From Branchiostoma belcheri (Eukaryota), in contig NW_017802379.1 in assembly GCF_001625305.1 (NCBI RefSeq), positions 4,277,479 through 4,341,478 on the forward strand: a DNA stretch of 64,000 nucleotides, read 5' to 3'. The notes under the pieces are model-generated. The model ran no database searches. It was not told the DNA's origin and worked only from the letters and a program-made list of their open reading frames with translations. Position 1 is the first letter of the stretch; each line of letters begins with the position of its first letter. A program made the translations under genes and the position numbers. Shown here piece by piece: positions 60,980-64,000 of this stretch.

Positions 60980-63900
60980 CCTGTTATCAGCGTTACCGCT
61001 CTCCTGGATTATACCAAAGAGTGCGACTAGTACTTTTTCTTATCTTTCAATTCTGAACTCCTTTTTAGCACCACACACCGACATGCTATCACCGAAATAC
61101 GATATTTCAGAAGATTGCTGCATTCCGTCAGCATGAAGTACAAAGTGAACCACACAGATAGTCGCTAGAGCAGGTCCCGAGCTGCTATCTTGTCTGTGAT
61201 CAGGGCGTCTGTAGGCGGCAAGAAACAGTTGGGTTCACAAGCCGGAGTGGGAAAAGGGGGATTCATTCTATAGCTCTAGAGGGGATACTAAAGTTTACAT
61301 ATACTTTTTTGAAACGGTACTGCTATTGACCACTTTTAGGCACTGAGCTTGGAAGGTATATTACTATGCCAGAAGATGCCAGTGGATGTTTTTTATTGAA
61401 AGCTTGTGGATTTCATCTGAGTGAAAAATATTGACGAAAGTAATGTTCACCCGGCGCGTGTGTGTACCTTCTCTTGTGTTTGAGTGGGTGGTTGTGGTCA
61501 TTTTATCCTTTCCATTTTGCTAATAGAATATTTGGTGGGTTGTACCAACTCCCAACGGAGGGAGCGACCGTTGGTAATCGCTGATCCCTTCACAACACTA
61601 CAAAAATCGTAAAACCTCACTTTTGTGTTGTGGTAGAACCGGGATTTTCCAATCTTCTATCTCTTCATCAGAAAGAACACAGAACGATCAGTATCTCATA
61701 TACCCACATTACTGACGCTACAGTGGCATCAGCAAAGTTACTATCTGTGGCATCAGCAAAGTTACATCTCCAAGAAAATGTAGGGCCTAGGGTCAATTTC
61801 AGTGTTTTACGAAACCCTTCAAGTAGTACAACTAAAACAAAATCTTCACCTTCTTCCACATCTGCATGGAGATACGACAAACCAAAGAAGGGTGGCGTAT
61901 GGACCTTCTATGGCCAATGGATACTGCCTGGCCAATGTCGTTTGCCCACCTAGGATCTGCTTGGAGATTACAAACGAGGAGCAATACAAAATATGTGTTT
62001 AAAACAGAACTGAGTCAGCAAAAAATGATCTCATTAAAGGATTTGAACAGCGAAATCACAAGAAGCAGTTTCAGGGAACCGGGGCTACATATGTTGCATA
62101 CCTGGCGTACGTTTGGTGTTTACAAAAAATACCCCTTTGCCTCCCAACGGCCCTACACACAAAGCAATTGCTCACGCGTTTACCAGGTAATCAGCACGTT
62201 TAAAACATACCTCCGTGTAAGTTTTCAACTCAATAGATCCCCAAAACAACGCCATGCGCCGGGCATGTTTTGTGTTTTCAGGACTATCTCACTAATTAGA
62301 AAATGTGGATAAGCCTTAATCTCGTTAATTGAGCGTTTGCCCTTAAGCGTTTACAGTGGAATTTTGAGCGAAGTGACATGTTCCACTAATGGTGTTATTG
62401 CTGTAGCATTTAGATGAATATCTCTTTGTGCACTGTGTACTGTTTTAAGAGCTTTCTGGACAGAGGGTTTTATGTACAGGTGAGCCGGCCTTAATAGATG
62501 GGGCTGGGGTTTATCAGGATGACAGTAACTGGTTGCTCAACGATTCTAGGAATTTTCTCGCATCCGCTCGTTACTTAATCATCTCCTGTAAATTTGCAAA
62601 CCGTCAGCATTCACAGATAAGAGAACAATTCTGTGCAGGTAGACGCACCGGTTTTACATTTGGGAGGCAAGATTTTTTTTTACCTCACCGGTAAACTGCG
62701 CAAAGAGGAGGGCGTGGTGTTATTTTGTCATGTTTGTTTGTTTTGAATTCTGAACAAGAAATAGTTTTGTTCGATATTTCTCTTTATTAGGAAGTTAAAC
62801 TCAACATCAAATCATTGAACTACCATGTTGCGTCCCTCTACTGCACCAATATCATAGTATCTTTTTTACCTCAATACCAGGTGTGACGGTATCTTATTTT
62901 TCTACCTTATCACAGGTGTATCTCCCGCTCTGAAGCCCTCCCACCCACGTTGACAGCAGTTTGATTGACACATATCAATCTTCATCTTCCGTTGTTTTCT
63001 GTTTTTCTTCGGTAGAAAAAACGATAATCATCTTAAAAACAACAACTAAACACATCCAGGATTAACATATGAAATTGATTAGTGTCTAAAATGACAAGAG
63101 CTTATCCCTGGGTTTAAATCTGGTGGTACTAATGATACAAATATATACGGTTATCATCGCTGTAACGGTTGCATCTAGTCTGCGCACTACGTACGGGGCA
63201 CAAGTGACTTTAATACGACAAAATATTGACAAGTTTTGGCCCCGAGATTGTAAGTTCGGGCGTGAAGATAAGAGGGGACACTATGCGGTGAAATTGCCTA
63301 ACGCCACAAATACATACAAATCGTCAACGGGTGTTGAATATGGATCAAATCCCGTGAATCCAGAGTGCGGAGGTTCAAACCCCGCTCGGGTACGGTGTGA
63401 CAGGTTCAGGTCATCTTTGGTAGGGGACGTAAACTTTGGCCCCGTGCATTGTCAATCTAGCCCCTGCAAGTGTAAGAACCCAACAAACTTATCGGGAAGG
63501 ATAGTAGTGATCGGTGTGCTTGCAGGCAGGCTCGTGATTTCTCTCCCATCACTCAATGACCAGAGACGACGGCCAATGGCCAATGATTAGCAGACTGGTC
63601 AACGTCGCCTCGCCATCATGAAAGCACCGATACTGTTAGGTTAACCACATGTGTGACGTGCCACCACGTGGTGGCTTATGCATACAACTTTACAAGTATA
63701 CACTGGGTTCAATACTTCCCCACCGTTCTTTGTCATTCCAATCTAACATTCCACACAAAACTCTACTTTTAGAGGTTTGAACTCGAGCACTAATTGTCAC
63801 TTTCTCTTTTGTGGCTGAGAAAGAGCATTCCTCGCATATACGTGGCCGGACATAAAAGGTCCGACTTCGCCTAACCTGTGGTTACTTACTAATCACTTCT

Positions 63901-64000
63901 AATTACTATCATGAAGAGACCGCATCGGAACGCAAGGTCGGAAATGGCCTCGCACCGCACCGGTCATCATCTGCAAGTTCCTTCCTTTCTTTTACAAGGT

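Noticed and set aside
63338-63395. Possible tRNA gene (GGATCAAATCCCGTGAATCC / GGTTCAAACCCCGCTCGG).
   Set aside because: T-arm-like boxes only. No acceptor stem, D-arm or anticodon arm can be folded. More likely a SINE or tRNA-derived fragment.

Overview
This window reads as metazoan nuclear DNA: spliced genes with GT-AG introns, small introns of 0.2-1.5 kb, several intronless genes and MITE-like repeats. The species cannot be determined from the sequence. The first ~49 kb is gene-dense, and I reconstructed gene models by hand from the ORF track plus splice-site reading. In order these are: an intronless LRR type-I membrane protein (+); a 7-exon DENR ortholog (-) with a 20-nt microexon; an intronless HHAT/skinny-hedgehog MBOAT acyltransferase (-); a 13-exon Ser/Pro-rich coiled-coil gene (+), possibly CCDC62-like; a 4-exon MRPL50 ortholog (-) sharing a ~280-bp bidirectional promoter with a 10-exon RSRC2-like SR/SMAP-domain gene (+); an intronless BTB-BACK-Kelch (KLHL) gene (-); and a 9-exon phospholipid scramblase (-) followed on the same strand by a bee-venom/group-III-type secreted PLA2 (PLA2G3-like, -). 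The PLA2 catalytic exons are split by a 5.5-kb intron that carries a hAT-like MITE with 8-bp target-site duplications and a pyrimidine-rich tandem repeat. The distal ~15 kb is GC-richer and mostly unassignable. It contains a GC-rich intronless ORF behind TATA-like motifs that encodes a signal-peptide protein with C-terminal furin-type dibasic sites (a candidate prohormone), two copies of a small MITE family with 8-9 bp TSDs, a Harbinger/Tourist-like MITE with a TTA TSD, and a recurring TGGGAGGTC 9-mer cluster. All coordinates come from manual splice reading. Internal exon boundaries are checked for phase consistency, but the exact 5' exons and UTRs are uncertain. The ORF track evidently allows GTG/TTG starts, so several listed M residues are not real ATGs.
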